Positions 47,336-56,801 of a stretch of DNA of 64,000 nucleotides are shown here, piece by piece. Below the pieces are notes generated by a model. That model saw only the letters and a list, made by a program, of their open reading frames with translations, made no database searches and was not told the origin of the DNA. Every line of letters starts with the position of its first letter. Within the stretch, counting starts at the first letter, position 1. The translations under genes were made by a program, and so were the position numbers. The stretch lies in contig PEZY01000005.1 in the NCBI GenBank assembly GCA_002773855.1, forward strand, positions 8,237 through 72,236, given 5' to 3'. This DNA comes from Candidatus Buchananbacteria bacterium CG10_big_fil_rev_8_21_14_0_10_33_19 (GTDB taxonomy: Bacteria > Patescibacteriota > Patescibacteriia > 2-01-FULL-39-33).

Positions 47336-48004
47336 ATGGCTCAATCGAGAAATCGGATGAATGTGCCTATTTCAACGGCTTATTTTGTTGAACAGCTCCA
47401 TAATCACTGGATTGATTTAATTAGACGAGAGATTTGGATCCATGGAATAGATATGAATACCGATAGTTATGAAGGTGTTGAACCTGGCGTTGAATATATG
47501 ATGGCTACCAAGGTTATAAAAAATCTTCATATTCTCAGACATCAATCATCTACTGAACCTGTTATTATTCATTTACATACTTGTGGTGGCCTATGGGAAG
47601 AAGGCATGGCTATTTATGATACTATCAAATCTATGCCTTACCATGTCACCATAATTTCCTATACTCATGCTCGCAGTATGTCTTCTCTGATTTTTCAAGC
47701 TGGTGATACTAGATTAATGATGCCAAATTCTTATTTTATGTTTCATTTAGGCACAATGGCTTTTTCAGCTGACATGAGGACTTTCCAAAGTAACGCTGAT
47801 TTTGCCAAAATTAGTAACAAAACTATGGTGGATATTTATGTTGAAAAAGCAATACATGGACCAAAATTTAAAGGCCAGAGTGCAGCTAAAATTAGATCTT
47901 TAATTAATAGAGAAATGGAAAAGAAAAGTGATGTTTTCTTAACGCCAGAAAAAGCTATTCAGTGGGGTTTTGCTGATGGTGTTCTCAAAAAATGGCCAAA
48001 CTAA
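47336..48004 (+). CDS. ClpP-like (S14) serine protease
   Basis: IHLHTCGG, AIYDTIK, ARSMSS (Ser), FMFH (His), DVFLTPEKAIQWGFAD. Confidence 0.85.
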   Translation: MAQSRNRMNVPISTAYFVEQLHNHWIDLIRREIWIHGIDMNTDSYEGVEPGVEYMMATKVIKNLHILRHQSSTEPVIIHLHTCGGLWEEGMAIYDTIKSMPYHVTIISYTHARSMSSLIFQAGDTRLMMPNSYFMFHLGTMAFSADMRTFQSNADFAKISNKTMVDIYVEKAIHGPKFKGQSAAKIRSLINREMEKKSDVFLTPEKAIQWGFADGVLKKWPN

Positions 48005-48007
48005 AAC

Positions 48008-48034
48008 GTCGACCAAGCAATGGTCGACTTTTTT
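48008..48034 (+). terminator. Intrinsic terminator
   Basis: GTCGACCA-AGCAA-TGGTCGAC-T6. Confidence 0.85.
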
Positions 48035-48096
48035 ATTTATTGACATTAACAAATAATATAATATAACATAGTAGCAACCCTAGGAGGTACCTTACA

Positions 48097-48330
48097 ATGA
48101 AAAATATCCAGGTTCATCCGGTTATTGCTATTACTATTATTCTGCTTAGTTTATTTATCTGCTACGGCATCTATCAAGGTATAGCCATTTTAAATGATGA
48201 GGCTTTTTATCGCGGCTTTAATACTGGCACTGAAGTCCAAAAATTATTAGATGATCAAAGACAAAAACAGCCAGGCAAGCCCAGTGATAAAAACAAAACT
48301 ACCAAAAAAGACGAAATACTGGGAATTTAG
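48097..48330 (+). CDS. Small single-TM hypothetical protein
   Basis: SD AGGAGGT; own promoter (TTGACA 48040); downstream GCCGA...TCGGC hairpin with T run. Confidence 0.65.
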   Translation: MKNIQVHPVIAITIILLSLFICYGIYQGIAILNDEAFYRGFNTGTEVQKLLDDQRQKQPGKPSDKNKTTKKDEILGI

Positions 48331-48484
48331 CCCAAAACTACCACGCCGAGCAACTATATATAATTATGGGAGATCGGCTTTTTTATTGATCTAAATTTAA
48401 GTTATTTTAGAACAAAGCTTGACTTTTTTTACTAAATAAGTTAAAATACTAGTTGTTAATTTATAAGAAATAAGCTAGTTAAAT

Positions 48485-48757
48485 ATGGCACACAAGAAAG
48501 CTGGTGGTAGTACTAGACTGGGCCGAGATTCTAATGCCCAAAGACTGGGCATTAAATTATACGGTGGCGAAACTGCTAAAAATGGGGCTATTGTCCTTAG
48601 ACAAAGGGGTAGCAGATATAGACCAGGTAAAAATACCAGAATTGCTAAAGACGATTCTATTTTCGCCATTGGCAGTGGTTTAGTGAAATACACCAAGAAA
48701 AAAATTAAAAAATTCAACGGTAAATTAGAGAATGCTCAAATAGTTAGCGTTGAATAA
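48485..48757 (+). CDS. rpmA: 50S ribosomal protein L27
   Basis: MAHKKAGGST..GRDS..QRLGIK. Confidence 0.98.
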   Translation: MAHKKAGGSTRLGRDSNAQRLGIKLYGGETAKNGAIVLRQRGSRYRPGKNTRIAKDDSIFAIGSGLVKYTKKKIKKFNGKLENAQIVSVE

Positions 48758-48767
48758 ATCTAAAAAT

Positions 48768-48796
48768 AAAAATACTCCGTTTTGCGGAGTATTTTT
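48768..48796. terminator. Bidirectional terminator
   Basis: AAAAATACTCCG-TTTTG-CGGAGTATTTTT. Confidence 0.85.
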
Positions 48797-48808
48797 ATTT
48801 TTAGAAAA

Positions 48809-50449
48809 TTAATTGATAATTCTTTTTTGTCCGGCTTCAACTAAGCCAATAAATAATGGGTGCGGTTGCAGTGGTCTGGATTTAAATTCTGGATGAAACT
48901 GAGTAGCCACAAAAAAAGGATGAATATCTTCTGGTAATTCGATAATTTCTACCAATTGATCATCTGGCGAAGTCCCAGAGACAACCAATCCAGCTTCCTC
49001 TAATAGATCTCGATAATCATTATTAAACTCATAACGATGACGATGCCTCTCGACTATTTCTGATTTTCCATACAGTCTTTCCACTATCGATCCTGATTTT
49101 AAAATACAAGGATAACTACCTAATCTCATAGTATTACCATATTGTTTTTTGGATAATTTTTCAGCCTGTTCACTCATAATATGAATAACGGGATGTTCCG
49201 CCTCCGGTCTAATTTCTGTGGTTGTAGCTCCACCTAAACCACAAATGTGTCTGGCAAATTCAATAGAAGCTAATTGCATACCATAACACAAACCTAAAAA
49301 CGGAATTTTATTCTCACGAGCATATTGAATAGCCGCAATTTTTCCTTCAATTCCTCGAGAACCAAAGCCACCGGGTACCACCAAGCAATGATAATCTCGC
49401 AACTCATCTATTTTTTCGCTATGACCATCATAAGCATCAGAATTAATCCAGTGGATTTCCGGATCTACTCCACTTTGCCAAGCCGCATACTTTAAACTTT
49501 CAATCACTGATATATAAACATCAGACAATACGAAATCGCCAGTTTCAAAATATTTACCAACAATACCAATTTTTAAAGTGTCTTTAGTGCTTTTTATTTT
49601 TTGAATAAAATTATCCCAATCACTTAAATCAATAGCTCGAGCCTCCAAATTTAACTTCTTTAATATTTTTTCTGACAAACCGTCTCGTTCAAAATTAGCT
49701 GGAATTTCATAAACTAAATCAGTATCTGGTGCCGAAATTATCTCTTCTTTGCGAACATTACAAAACATCGCAATTTTTTCCTTTCTTAAATCATCAATTT
49801 CTTGATCGGCTCGACATAAAATAAAGTCTGGCTGAATACCAGCGGAATTAAGCATTTTGGCGGCCGTTTGAGTTGGCTTGGTTTTCATTTCACCAATTTT
49901 TGATGGCACTGGTAAATATGACACTAAAACCGACAAGACATCTTCTGGATGATTTAACTTCATCATTCTAGCCGCCTCTAGAAATAAAATATTCTGATAT
50001 TCACCCACTGTGCCGCCAACTTCAATAATAGTAACATCGGCATCATCCTTATCGGCCGCATTTTTTATTCGTCTAATTACCTCCATTGGAATATGTGGCA
50101 CTACCTCTACGCACTTGCCTTCGTATTCTAGATTTCTTTCTTTTTCTATCACCGAGCGATAAACTCGACCAGTTGTCATATAATTATCACGATGGATATC
50201 GATATTTAAAAACCTCTCGTAATTACCAATATCTTGATCAGTTTCATCACCATCACTAGTAACATAAACCTCACCATGTTCAATTGGATTCATGGTGCCA
50301 GCATCAACATTAATATAAGGGTCTATTTTTACAGCCGTAACAGCTAAGCCTCTAGCTTGTAAAATTTTACCAATGGAAGCGCTAGCAATACCCTTGCCAA
50401 CACCGGACATAACACCGCCAATTACAAAAATATATTTTCTTTTTGACAT
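48809..50449 (-). CDS. pyrG: CTP synthase
   Basis: GGVMSGVGKG, KIDPYINVDAGTM, GLCYGMQ, ERHRHRYE, QFHPE. Confidence 0.98.
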   Translation of the reverse strand: MSKRKYIFVIGGVMSGVGKGIASASIGKILQARGLAVTAVKIDPYINVDAGTMNPIEHGEVYVTSDGDETDQDIGNYERFLNIDIHRDNYMTTGRVYRSVIEKERNLEYEGKCVEVVPHIPMEVIRRIKNAADKDDADVTIIEVGGTVGEYQNILFLEAARMMKLNHPEDVLSVLVSYLPVPSKIGEMKTKPTQTAAKMLNSAGIQPDFILCRADQEIDDLRKEKIAMFCNVRKEEIISAPDTDLVYEIPANFERDGLSEKILKKLNLEARAIDLSDWDNFIQKIKSTKDTLKIGIVGKYFETGDFVLSDVYISVIESLKYAAWQSGVDPEIHWINSDAYDGHSEKIDELRDYHCLVVPGGFGSRGIEGKIAAIQYARENKIPFLGLCYGMQLASIEFARHICGLGGATTTEIRPEAEHPVIHIMSEQAEKLSKKQYGNTMRLGSYPCILKSGSIVERLYGKSEIVERHRHRYEFNNDYRDLLEEAGLVVSGTSPDDQLVEIIELPEDIHPFFVATQFHPEFKSRPLQPHPLFIGLVEAGQKRIIN

Positions 50450-50532
50450 AACTATTTAATTTACCAATTATTAATCTAAAAAAATAGAGGGTTAAACCCC
50501 TATTAAAAATAATAAAAATATATGGTACTTAA

Positions 50533-50973
50533 CTATTCATTAACAATAACTGTTATTTCTGACTCTAATCCATGGCTTAAAACAATGAAAACCGAATGCT
50601 TACCAAGATCCTTTATCGGCTTTAGCAAATTAATTTGACTACTTTCGATATTAATTCCCCTATCTTTTAACTTATCAACAATCATATCAGCAGAAATCGA
50701 AGAATACAATTTGCCATCGTCATTACATTTTCCAATAATTTTTATAACCAAACCTTGCAGTTGTTTGGCTTTTTTTTGAGCTAAAACTAAAGCCTTATTA
50801 GCCTGCTTATTATCTTGTTGTTTTATATTTCTAAACTTATTAACATTTTTAACGCTAGCTGGCTCGGCTATTTTTTGAGGAATTAAAAAATTAATAGCAT
50901 AACCATCCGATACTTCTTTAATATCACCTATTTCACCAATCTTTTTAATTTTTTTAATAAATATAACCTTCAT
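50533..50973 (-). CDS. rplI: 50S ribosomal protein L9
   Basis: MKVIF...G..GDIKEVSDGYAINFLIP, GKLYSSI, PIKDLG. Confidence 0.95.
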   Translation of the reverse strand: MKVIFIKKIKKIGEIGDIKEVSDGYAINFLIPQKIAEPASVKNVNKFRNIKQQDNKQANKALVLAQKKAKQLQGLVIKIIGKCNDDGKLYSSISADMIVDKLKDRGINIESSQINLLKPIKDLGKHSVFIVLSHGLESEITVIVNE

Positions 50974-51032
50974 ACTAATATTATAATAATCTTGAAACTA
51001 TTATAGCACTCATTAGTTAATACACACAACAA

Positions 51033-52316
51033 TTATCTACCTCTAATTATATCTATAGCCTTATCCATTTGTGGATCTCTATAAACGTTATAATCATCAT
51101 CAGATATTTCTACTTCAACATCTGGCGTAATGCCATCGCCTTCTATAGTGTTACCACTAGGCGTAAACCACTTAGCTACAGTTAACTTAATAGAAGAACC
51201 ATCTTTTAAATTAATTAATTTTTGAACCGAACCCTTACCATAGGTTTGAGTGCCAACAATAGTAGCTTTGTGCAAATCTTGAAGAGCTCCAGCCACAATC
51301 TCTGATCCAGAAGCACTACCAGCATTTACCAAAACTACAGTCTTAAATTTATCTAATTTAGCCAACTTATTGGCTCGATGCAAAACCTCTTTGCCATTTC
51401 TAATTTTTTCTTTTACTACCACTTCTCCATCAACCCATTCGCCAGCCACATCAATAGCTGACTGCAAATAACCACCCGGATTATAGCGCATATCCAAAAT
51501 AATTCCAGAGATATTAGGATTTTGAATGATTTCTAACACCGCATCATTAAATAATGGCACTGTTTCAGAATTAAATTGCCTAATTTTTATATAAGCTATA
51601 TTGTTATCTTTTATTTCAAACTCTAAACTCTTAACTTTAATGGCCTCTCTGGTGATAGTAATTTTTTTAGATTCTTTAATATCATCACGATAAATAGTTA
51701 GGACTACATCTGTACCATGTTGGCCTCTAATTAAATTAACTGCCTGAGACAAGCTTAAGCCGTCAGTTTTATCACCATCTATTTCTAAAATTAAATCTTT
51801 TGGTCTAAGTCCGGCTTTAAAGGCTGGTGAGTCATCAAGTGGCGCTATAACCGTTAAAATATTATTTCTAATACCAATTTCAGCACCAATACCTTCAAAT
51901 TTTCCATTTAACTCTTCATTAAAACCATCGGTATTTTCCGGTGTAAAAAATACAGAATGGGGATCACCTAATGATGAAACTACACCAGACAAAGCTCCAT
52001 AGAAAAGTTGAGTATCAGGAATATCCTTGTCATAAGCTTCTTGTTTAATAATACTCCAAACATCCCAAAATAAATTAAAATCTACATCCTTAGTCAAATA
52101 GTCAGGTATAAAGCCATCTTTATCTTTGACTATGCCGGCTGATGTAGTAGTGGCATTTGGACTGATGCCCCTTATAATTTCCTGATTACTAGAAATGGAA
52201 ACATTACTACCCAATAACAAGCCTAGAGCAAAGGCCGTAATTATAAAAGCAAAGGAAAGCCAAAATGGCACACCTTTCTCTTTGAGCTTGGTGATTGGAA
52301 ATTTAAAATTTATCAT
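51033..52316 (-). CDS. ctpA: S41 carboxyl-terminal protease
   Basis: GIGAEI PDZ, LDMRYNPGG, SASGSEIVAGALQD, GKGSVQ. Confidence 0.93.
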   Translation of the reverse strand: MINFKFPITKLKEKGVPFWLSFAFIITAFALGLLLGSNVSISSNQEIIRGISPNATTTSAGIVKDKDGFIPDYLTKDVDFNLFWDVWSIIKQEAYDKDIPDTQLFYGALSGVVSSLGDPHSVFFTPENTDGFNEELNGKFEGIGAEIGIRNNILTVIAPLDDSPAFKAGLRPKDLILEIDGDKTDGLSLSQAVNLIRGQHGTDVVLTIYRDDIKESKKITITREAIKVKSLEFEIKDNNIAYIKIRQFNSETVPLFNDAVLEIIQNPNISGIILDMRYNPGGYLQSAIDVAGEWVDGEVVVKEKIRNGKEVLHRANKLAKLDKFKTVVLVNAGSASGSEIVAGALQDLHKATIVGTQTYGKGSVQKLINLKDGSSIKLTVAKWFTPSGNTIEGDGITPDVEVEISDDDYNVYRDPQMDKAIDIIRGR

Positions 52317-52378
52317 GAAATATTAATATTATTTTATATGTCATAATTGTAACAAATAAATGGCTACAAAACAAAAAT

Positions 52379-52411
52379 AAAAAAATACCGCTGAATTTAC
52401 ATCAACGGTAT
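52379..52411 (-). terminator. Intrinsic terminator of the lysozyme gene
   Basis: Minus strand ATACCGTTGA...TCAGCGGTAT followed by a T run. Confidence 0.8.
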
Positions 52412-52419
52412 AATAAAAA

Positions 52420-52992
52420 CTAAAAAATCACTTCTTTGGCTTTTTGCCAATGATTCTTGGTTTTTACACTTTGATAACCATTGGGTCCACCGTTCCAAAT
52501 ACGAACGTAAACCTCAGTGGTCGGTTGTTTTCCTGTTTTTTTGAAATATCTTTGACCGTAAAAATCCAAATAAGCCTTGAACACCTTACAAGACTCTTCC
52601 AGTGACATACGATCACTATAAGTAAAAGCCTTATAACCCAATATTCGATTAACGTCATCAATAGCTTGTTTTTGGATATGCAGTGGTCCAATGGACCGGC
52701 CGTCATCACCTATTAAATTTTTACCGCTATCTGATTCGATTATATAGCTAGCATCCAATGCCAGCTCAATCTCCGGATCGAGAGTAGTAACACCAAACAA
52801 CTTAAATAGTTTATCGGTCAAAAAAGAATCACTCAAAAAATTATTTTTATTTTCATTATCACTTGGATAATTACTCGATTGCTCACGCTGATCACCAGAC
52901 ATGGCCATCGAATATGGATTTAATGCTAACAATAAAATTAAAGTAATTCCATAGACTAAAAAAATTTTTCTTTTGAATGTATTAATGTACAA
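52420..52992 (-). CDS. Secreted i-type lysozyme / destabilase-like muramidase
   Basis: N-terminal TM/signal; IES, GDDGRSIGPLHI, RIWNGGPNG...W motifs; TTG start with AGGAGG SD. Confidence 0.75.
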   Translation of the reverse strand: MYINTFKRKIFLVYGITLILLLALNPYSMAMSGDQREQSSNYPSDNENKNNFLSDSFLTDKLFKLFGVTTLDPEIELALDASYIIESDSGKNLIGDDGRSIGPLHIQKQAIDDVNRILGYKAFTYSDRMSLEESCKVFKAYLDFYGQRYFKKTGKQPTTEVYVRIWNGGPNGYQSVKTKNHWQKAKEVIF

Positions 52993-53144
52993 CTTATTTC
53001 CTCCTGTTGTTCTTTTAATTAATTCCCAACAAAGACATTGAGAACTAATAAGATATTATCACATTTTAATAATCTTGTCAACTATTAAAATAACCATAAA
53101 TATGTAATAATATATTAAAATAAAATTATAATATAACTTACTAG

Positions 53145-54398
53145 ATGGAAAAGTATAAAATATCAGGAAGTCATCAATTATCAGGAGAAATCAAAGTAGC
53201 CGGTGCTAAAAATTCTGCTCTCAAAATACTAGCCGCTTCTATTTTATCCAATGAGACTTGCCAGATCACCAATATACCAAAAATAGAAGACATCAAAAGA
53301 ATGACCGAAATTTTAGAAAGCCTGGGCGCTAAAATAACTTGGCATGACTCAACACTAGAAATTAATCCAAGCAAAATAACTAAGTCAACACCAGATTCAG
53401 ATTTAGTCAAAAAACTAAGATCTTCCATAATGCTAGCCGGACCACTACTAGCTAAATTCGGCGAAGTTACTATGAGTCATCCCGGTGGCTGTATTATTGG
53501 CAAACGACCAGTTGACTTGTTTATGTCTGGCTTTAAAGCTATGGGCGCTGAAATACTCGACCACGGTGAATCTTTCACTATTAAAGCGAAGAAATTAAAA
53601 GGCGCTAAAATAGTTTTACCCAAAATTTCAGTCACTGTCACTGAAAGTTTAATGATGACTGCTTGTTTAGCAGAGGGCACTACAACTATCATTAATGCTG
53701 CCATGGAACCAGAAATACCGGCCCTAGCAGATTATTTAAATAAATGTGGGGCTAAAATTACTGGCGCTGGTACACCACAAATAACTATTACTGGAGTCGA
53801 TAAATTATCAGCTGGAACCTATGAACTAATCCCCGATAGAATTGAAGCTGGATCTTTTGTAATGCTAGGATTAGCCACCAACAGCAAAATAAAAATTAGT
53901 AACTGTAATCCGGCACATTTAGAAACAGTATTAACAATTTTAAAAAATTCTGGTGCTGATTTAGAGATTGGACCTGACTACATAATTACCAAAACCAGTC
54001 ATTTACATGGTACTGATATTCAAACTCATGAATATCCTGGTTTTCCCACAGATCTTCAGGCACCCTTTACGGTTTTAATGACCCAAACTAATGGTCGTAG
54101 CTTAATTCATGAAACAATATTTGAAGGTCGCTTATTTTATACTGATAAATTAAATACTATGGGAGCTGATATAATAATGTGCGACCCGCATAGAGTAATT
54201 GTTAACGGCAAAACAAAACTCTACGGTAAAAAATTAGAGAGCCCCGATTTACGAGCTGGCATGGCTTTAATTATAGCTGGCTTATGTGCTCAAGGTGAGA
54301 CTATAATAGACAATATATATCAAATAGAAAGAGGTTATGAAGATATAGTTTCCAGATTAAAAAATATTGGTGCTCAAATTGAAAAAATAAACGAATAA
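53145..54398 (+). CDS. murA: UDP-GlcNAc enolpyruvyl transferase
   Basis: GAKNS, PGGCIIGKRP, PDRIEAG, PGFPTDLQ, DLRAG. Confidence 0.98.
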   Translation: MEKYKISGSHQLSGEIKVAGAKNSALKILAASILSNETCQITNIPKIEDIKRMTEILESLGAKITWHDSTLEINPSKITKSTPDSDLVKKLRSSIMLAGPLLAKFGEVTMSHPGGCIIGKRPVDLFMSGFKAMGAEILDHGESFTIKAKKLKGAKIVLPKISVTVTESLMMTACLAEGTTTIINAAMEPEIPALADYLNKCGAKITGAGTPQITITGVDKLSAGTYELIPDRIEAGSFVMLGLATNSKIKISNCNPAHLETVLTILKNSGADLEIGPDYIITKTSHLHGTDIQTHEYPGFPTDLQAPFTVLMTQTNGRSLIHETIFEGRLFYTDKLNTMGADIIMCDPHRVIVNGKTKLYGKKLESPDLRAGMALIIAGLCAQGETIIDNIYQIERGYEDIVSRLKNIGAQIEKINE

Positions 54399-54400
54399 CA

Positions 54401-55753
54401 ATGTCAAAAACTGACAGCAAGTATAAAAATATAAAGCTAACCACCGCTGAAAATATTATCTTTAGACGCTTAGTCTATATTTCTTTTATTACAGTATTTT
54501 TAATTGTCGTCCCACTGGTACTTTTGTATACCCAGGGCTATCGCTATAACTTCAAACGAGGTAAAGTGCAAAAAACTGGCATTTTTATAGTTAGCTCCAT
54601 ACCCAAAAAAGCTGATGTTTATTTAAATGGTAAATTAATAATTGGTGACCAAACACCATCTCGAATAGAAAAATTGCTACCAGCTGATTACGAAATTAAA
54701 TTAACCAAAGACGGTTATCATGATTGGACCAAAAAATTACAAATATACGAAAATTCCACTACTTTTGCTGAAGATGTTATACTCTGGAAAAATAATTTAC
54801 CAATTCAAATAGCCGAACATAACATTATAAGCTGGCTAACATCTCCAGATAATAAAAAATCGACGTTCTTAACCAGTGATAGAAATATTATTTCTTTTAA
54901 TTTCGACAATAAAGAAACCCATACAATTTATCAAGCTAATGAATACGCTAATCCTCAAATTTTAGAATGGTCTAACACTAGCAAAAAAATATTAATCAAA
55001 TCTAACAATAATTACCTAGCTATCGACACCGAAAGATATTACCTTCAACCAGTGAAAATTAGCAACGATAATTATCAATCAATTAAATGGAGCCTGAATA
55101 ACGATAATTCATTGTATGCTTTAAATGCATCTGGAGTCTGGAAAATTGACCTATTCACTGGTGATAAAAAATTAATTTTTAATAAATCAATATCTGATTT
55201 TATTATTAACAATGATTTCATTTATTATTATTATAAAGATATCATATACAAACAAAAAATATCTGATACTAACCCAGAAATAATTGATGGAGTAAAATGT
55301 CAAGATTGTAAATTTCTAAACCATGATTTTTCTAAATTAATACTAGCCAATATAAAATCTCAAGAATTTTTTATAATTGACCCAGAGCTAAAAAATAAAA
55401 CTATCAAAAGAGAGGCTAAAAACTTTAGTTGGTTAAATCAAAATACCTTACTGTTTTATAATGATTGGGAAATTTGGATATATAATTTAGAAAAAAAAGA
55501 ACCAGAATTAATCACTAGAATTGGCTCTGGTATCACTGAAGCTCTTTGGCACCACGAAGGTCGCCACATAATATTTACTAGTGAAGACTCTATAAAGATA
55601 ATCGAATTAGACAATAGAGAGCTTAGAAATATTATCGAACTATTTAAGGGCAAAAATATAAGTCACCTGACAATCAATAACAAGGGCGATAATATTTATT
55701 TTACTACGATTATCCAAGATCATGAATATACCATGGAGTTGAATATTAAATAA
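54401..55753 (+). CDS. PEGA-domain protein with propeller-like C-terminus
   Basis: TM, GYR, TG...SSIPKKADVYLNG, TP, KDGYHDW. Confidence 0.8.
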   Translation: MSKTDSKYKNIKLTTAENIIFRRLVYISFITVFLIVVPLVLLYTQGYRYNFKRGKVQKTGIFIVSSIPKKADVYLNGKLIIGDQTPSRIEKLLPADYEIKLTKDGYHDWTKKLQIYENSTTFAEDVILWKNNLPIQIAEHNIISWLTSPDNKKSTFLTSDRNIISFNFDNKETHTIYQANEYANPQILEWSNTSKKILIKSNNNYLAIDTERYYLQPVKISNDNYQSIKWSLNNDNSLYALNASGVWKIDLFTGDKKLIFNKSISDFIINNDFIYYYYKDIIYKQKISDTNPEIIDGVKCQDCKFLNHDFSKLILANIKSQEFFIIDPELKNKTIKREAKNFSWLNQNTLLFYNDWEIWIYNLEKKEPELITRIGSGITEALWHHEGRHIIFTSEDSIKIIELDNRELRNIIELFKGKNISHLTINNKGDNIYFTTIIQDHEYTMELNIK

Positions 55754-55810
55754 TCTTGTGCTAATATTGTCATTACAGTAGGACTTTAAAACTCAAAATG
55801 AGACATAACA

Positions 55811-56322
55811 ATGAATACACTTAATATTCCCAGTTGGGATGATATTTTCATGTCTATGGCTTATTTAGTTGCTGCTAGGAGCAAGGACCAAAGCACCCAC
55901 ACCACATTGGAGCGGTAATTATTGGCCCTGATAAAGAAGTGCGATCCACCGGCTATAACAGTTTTCCTCGTAACATTAATGATAATAATCCAGACAGACA
56001 AATACGACCAGAAAAATATTTCTGGTTTGAGCACGCCGAAAGAAATTCAATCTACAATGTCACCAGATTTGGTGCCTCACTTAAAGATTGCACTATGTAC
56101 ACTAATGGCATTCCCTGTATGGATTGTGCTCGAGGGATTGTACAGAGTGGGATTATTGAAGTAGTAGTTGATAAATCATGGGACAATCAAAATAAATATA
56201 TCTGGCTAGAGCAAGCCAACAAGACTAAGCAGTTATTTAAAGAAGTTGGAGTTAAATTAAGATTTTGGAAGGGAGAATTAATATCAATCAAAAAATTCAA
56301 CCGTGGTGAATTCATTAACTAA
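55811..56322 (+). pseudogene. dCMP deaminase, frameshifted by a 5-bp duplication
   Basis: PSWDDIFMSMAYLVAARSKD in one frame (stop 55916-55918); IGAVI..STGYN..HAERN..PCMDC in another; CCACA duplicated at 55897-55906. Confidence 0.85.
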
Positions 56323-56325
56323 CAC

Positions 56326-56354
56326 AAAAGCACGAAATAAATCGTGCTTTTTTT
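56326..56354. terminator. Bidirectional terminator
   Basis: AAAAGCACGA-AATAAA-TCGTGCTTTTTTT. Confidence 0.85.
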
Positions 56355-56366
56355 AATTTTATAAAA

Positions 56367-56774
56367 CTATAATTTATTTTTTATTTTCTCCAAAATTTCT
56401 TCTGCCTCACCAACGCCATAATCTCTACTCAACCAATGTTTTAAGCCATCACTTTCATGTCTAGGTATAATATGCCAGTGTGCATGAAACACCATCTGTC
56501 CAGCCACTCGACCATTATTTAAGTTTAAATTAAATCCACTAGCGCCAGTACCATTAACAATAGCTGGGGCAATTTTTTTAATAACCATTAACACTTTGGT
56601 TAATATATCATCTGGTAAATCTAAAAATGTTTCATGATGTTTTTTGGGAATAATAATAGTATGGCCACTATTAACCGGTGTATGATCTAAAAAAGCCAAA
56701 AAATTATCATCCTCATAAACTTTATAACTTGGCACTTCTCCTTTGACTATTTTACAAAAAATACAATCATCCAT
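56367..56774 (-). CDS. HIT family hydrolase
   Basis: DCIFCKI, GHTIIIPK, GQMVFHAHWHIIPR. Confidence 0.95.
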   Translation of the reverse strand: MDDCIFCKIVKGEVPSYKVYEDDNFLAFLDHTPVNSGHTIIIPKKHHETFLDLPDDILTKVLMVIKKIAPAIVNGTGASGFNLNLNNGRVAGQMVFHAHWHIIPRHESDGLKHWLSRDYGVGEAEEILEKIKNKL

Positions 56775-56801
56775 ATAGTTAACAACTTATTAATTAAAAA
56801 A

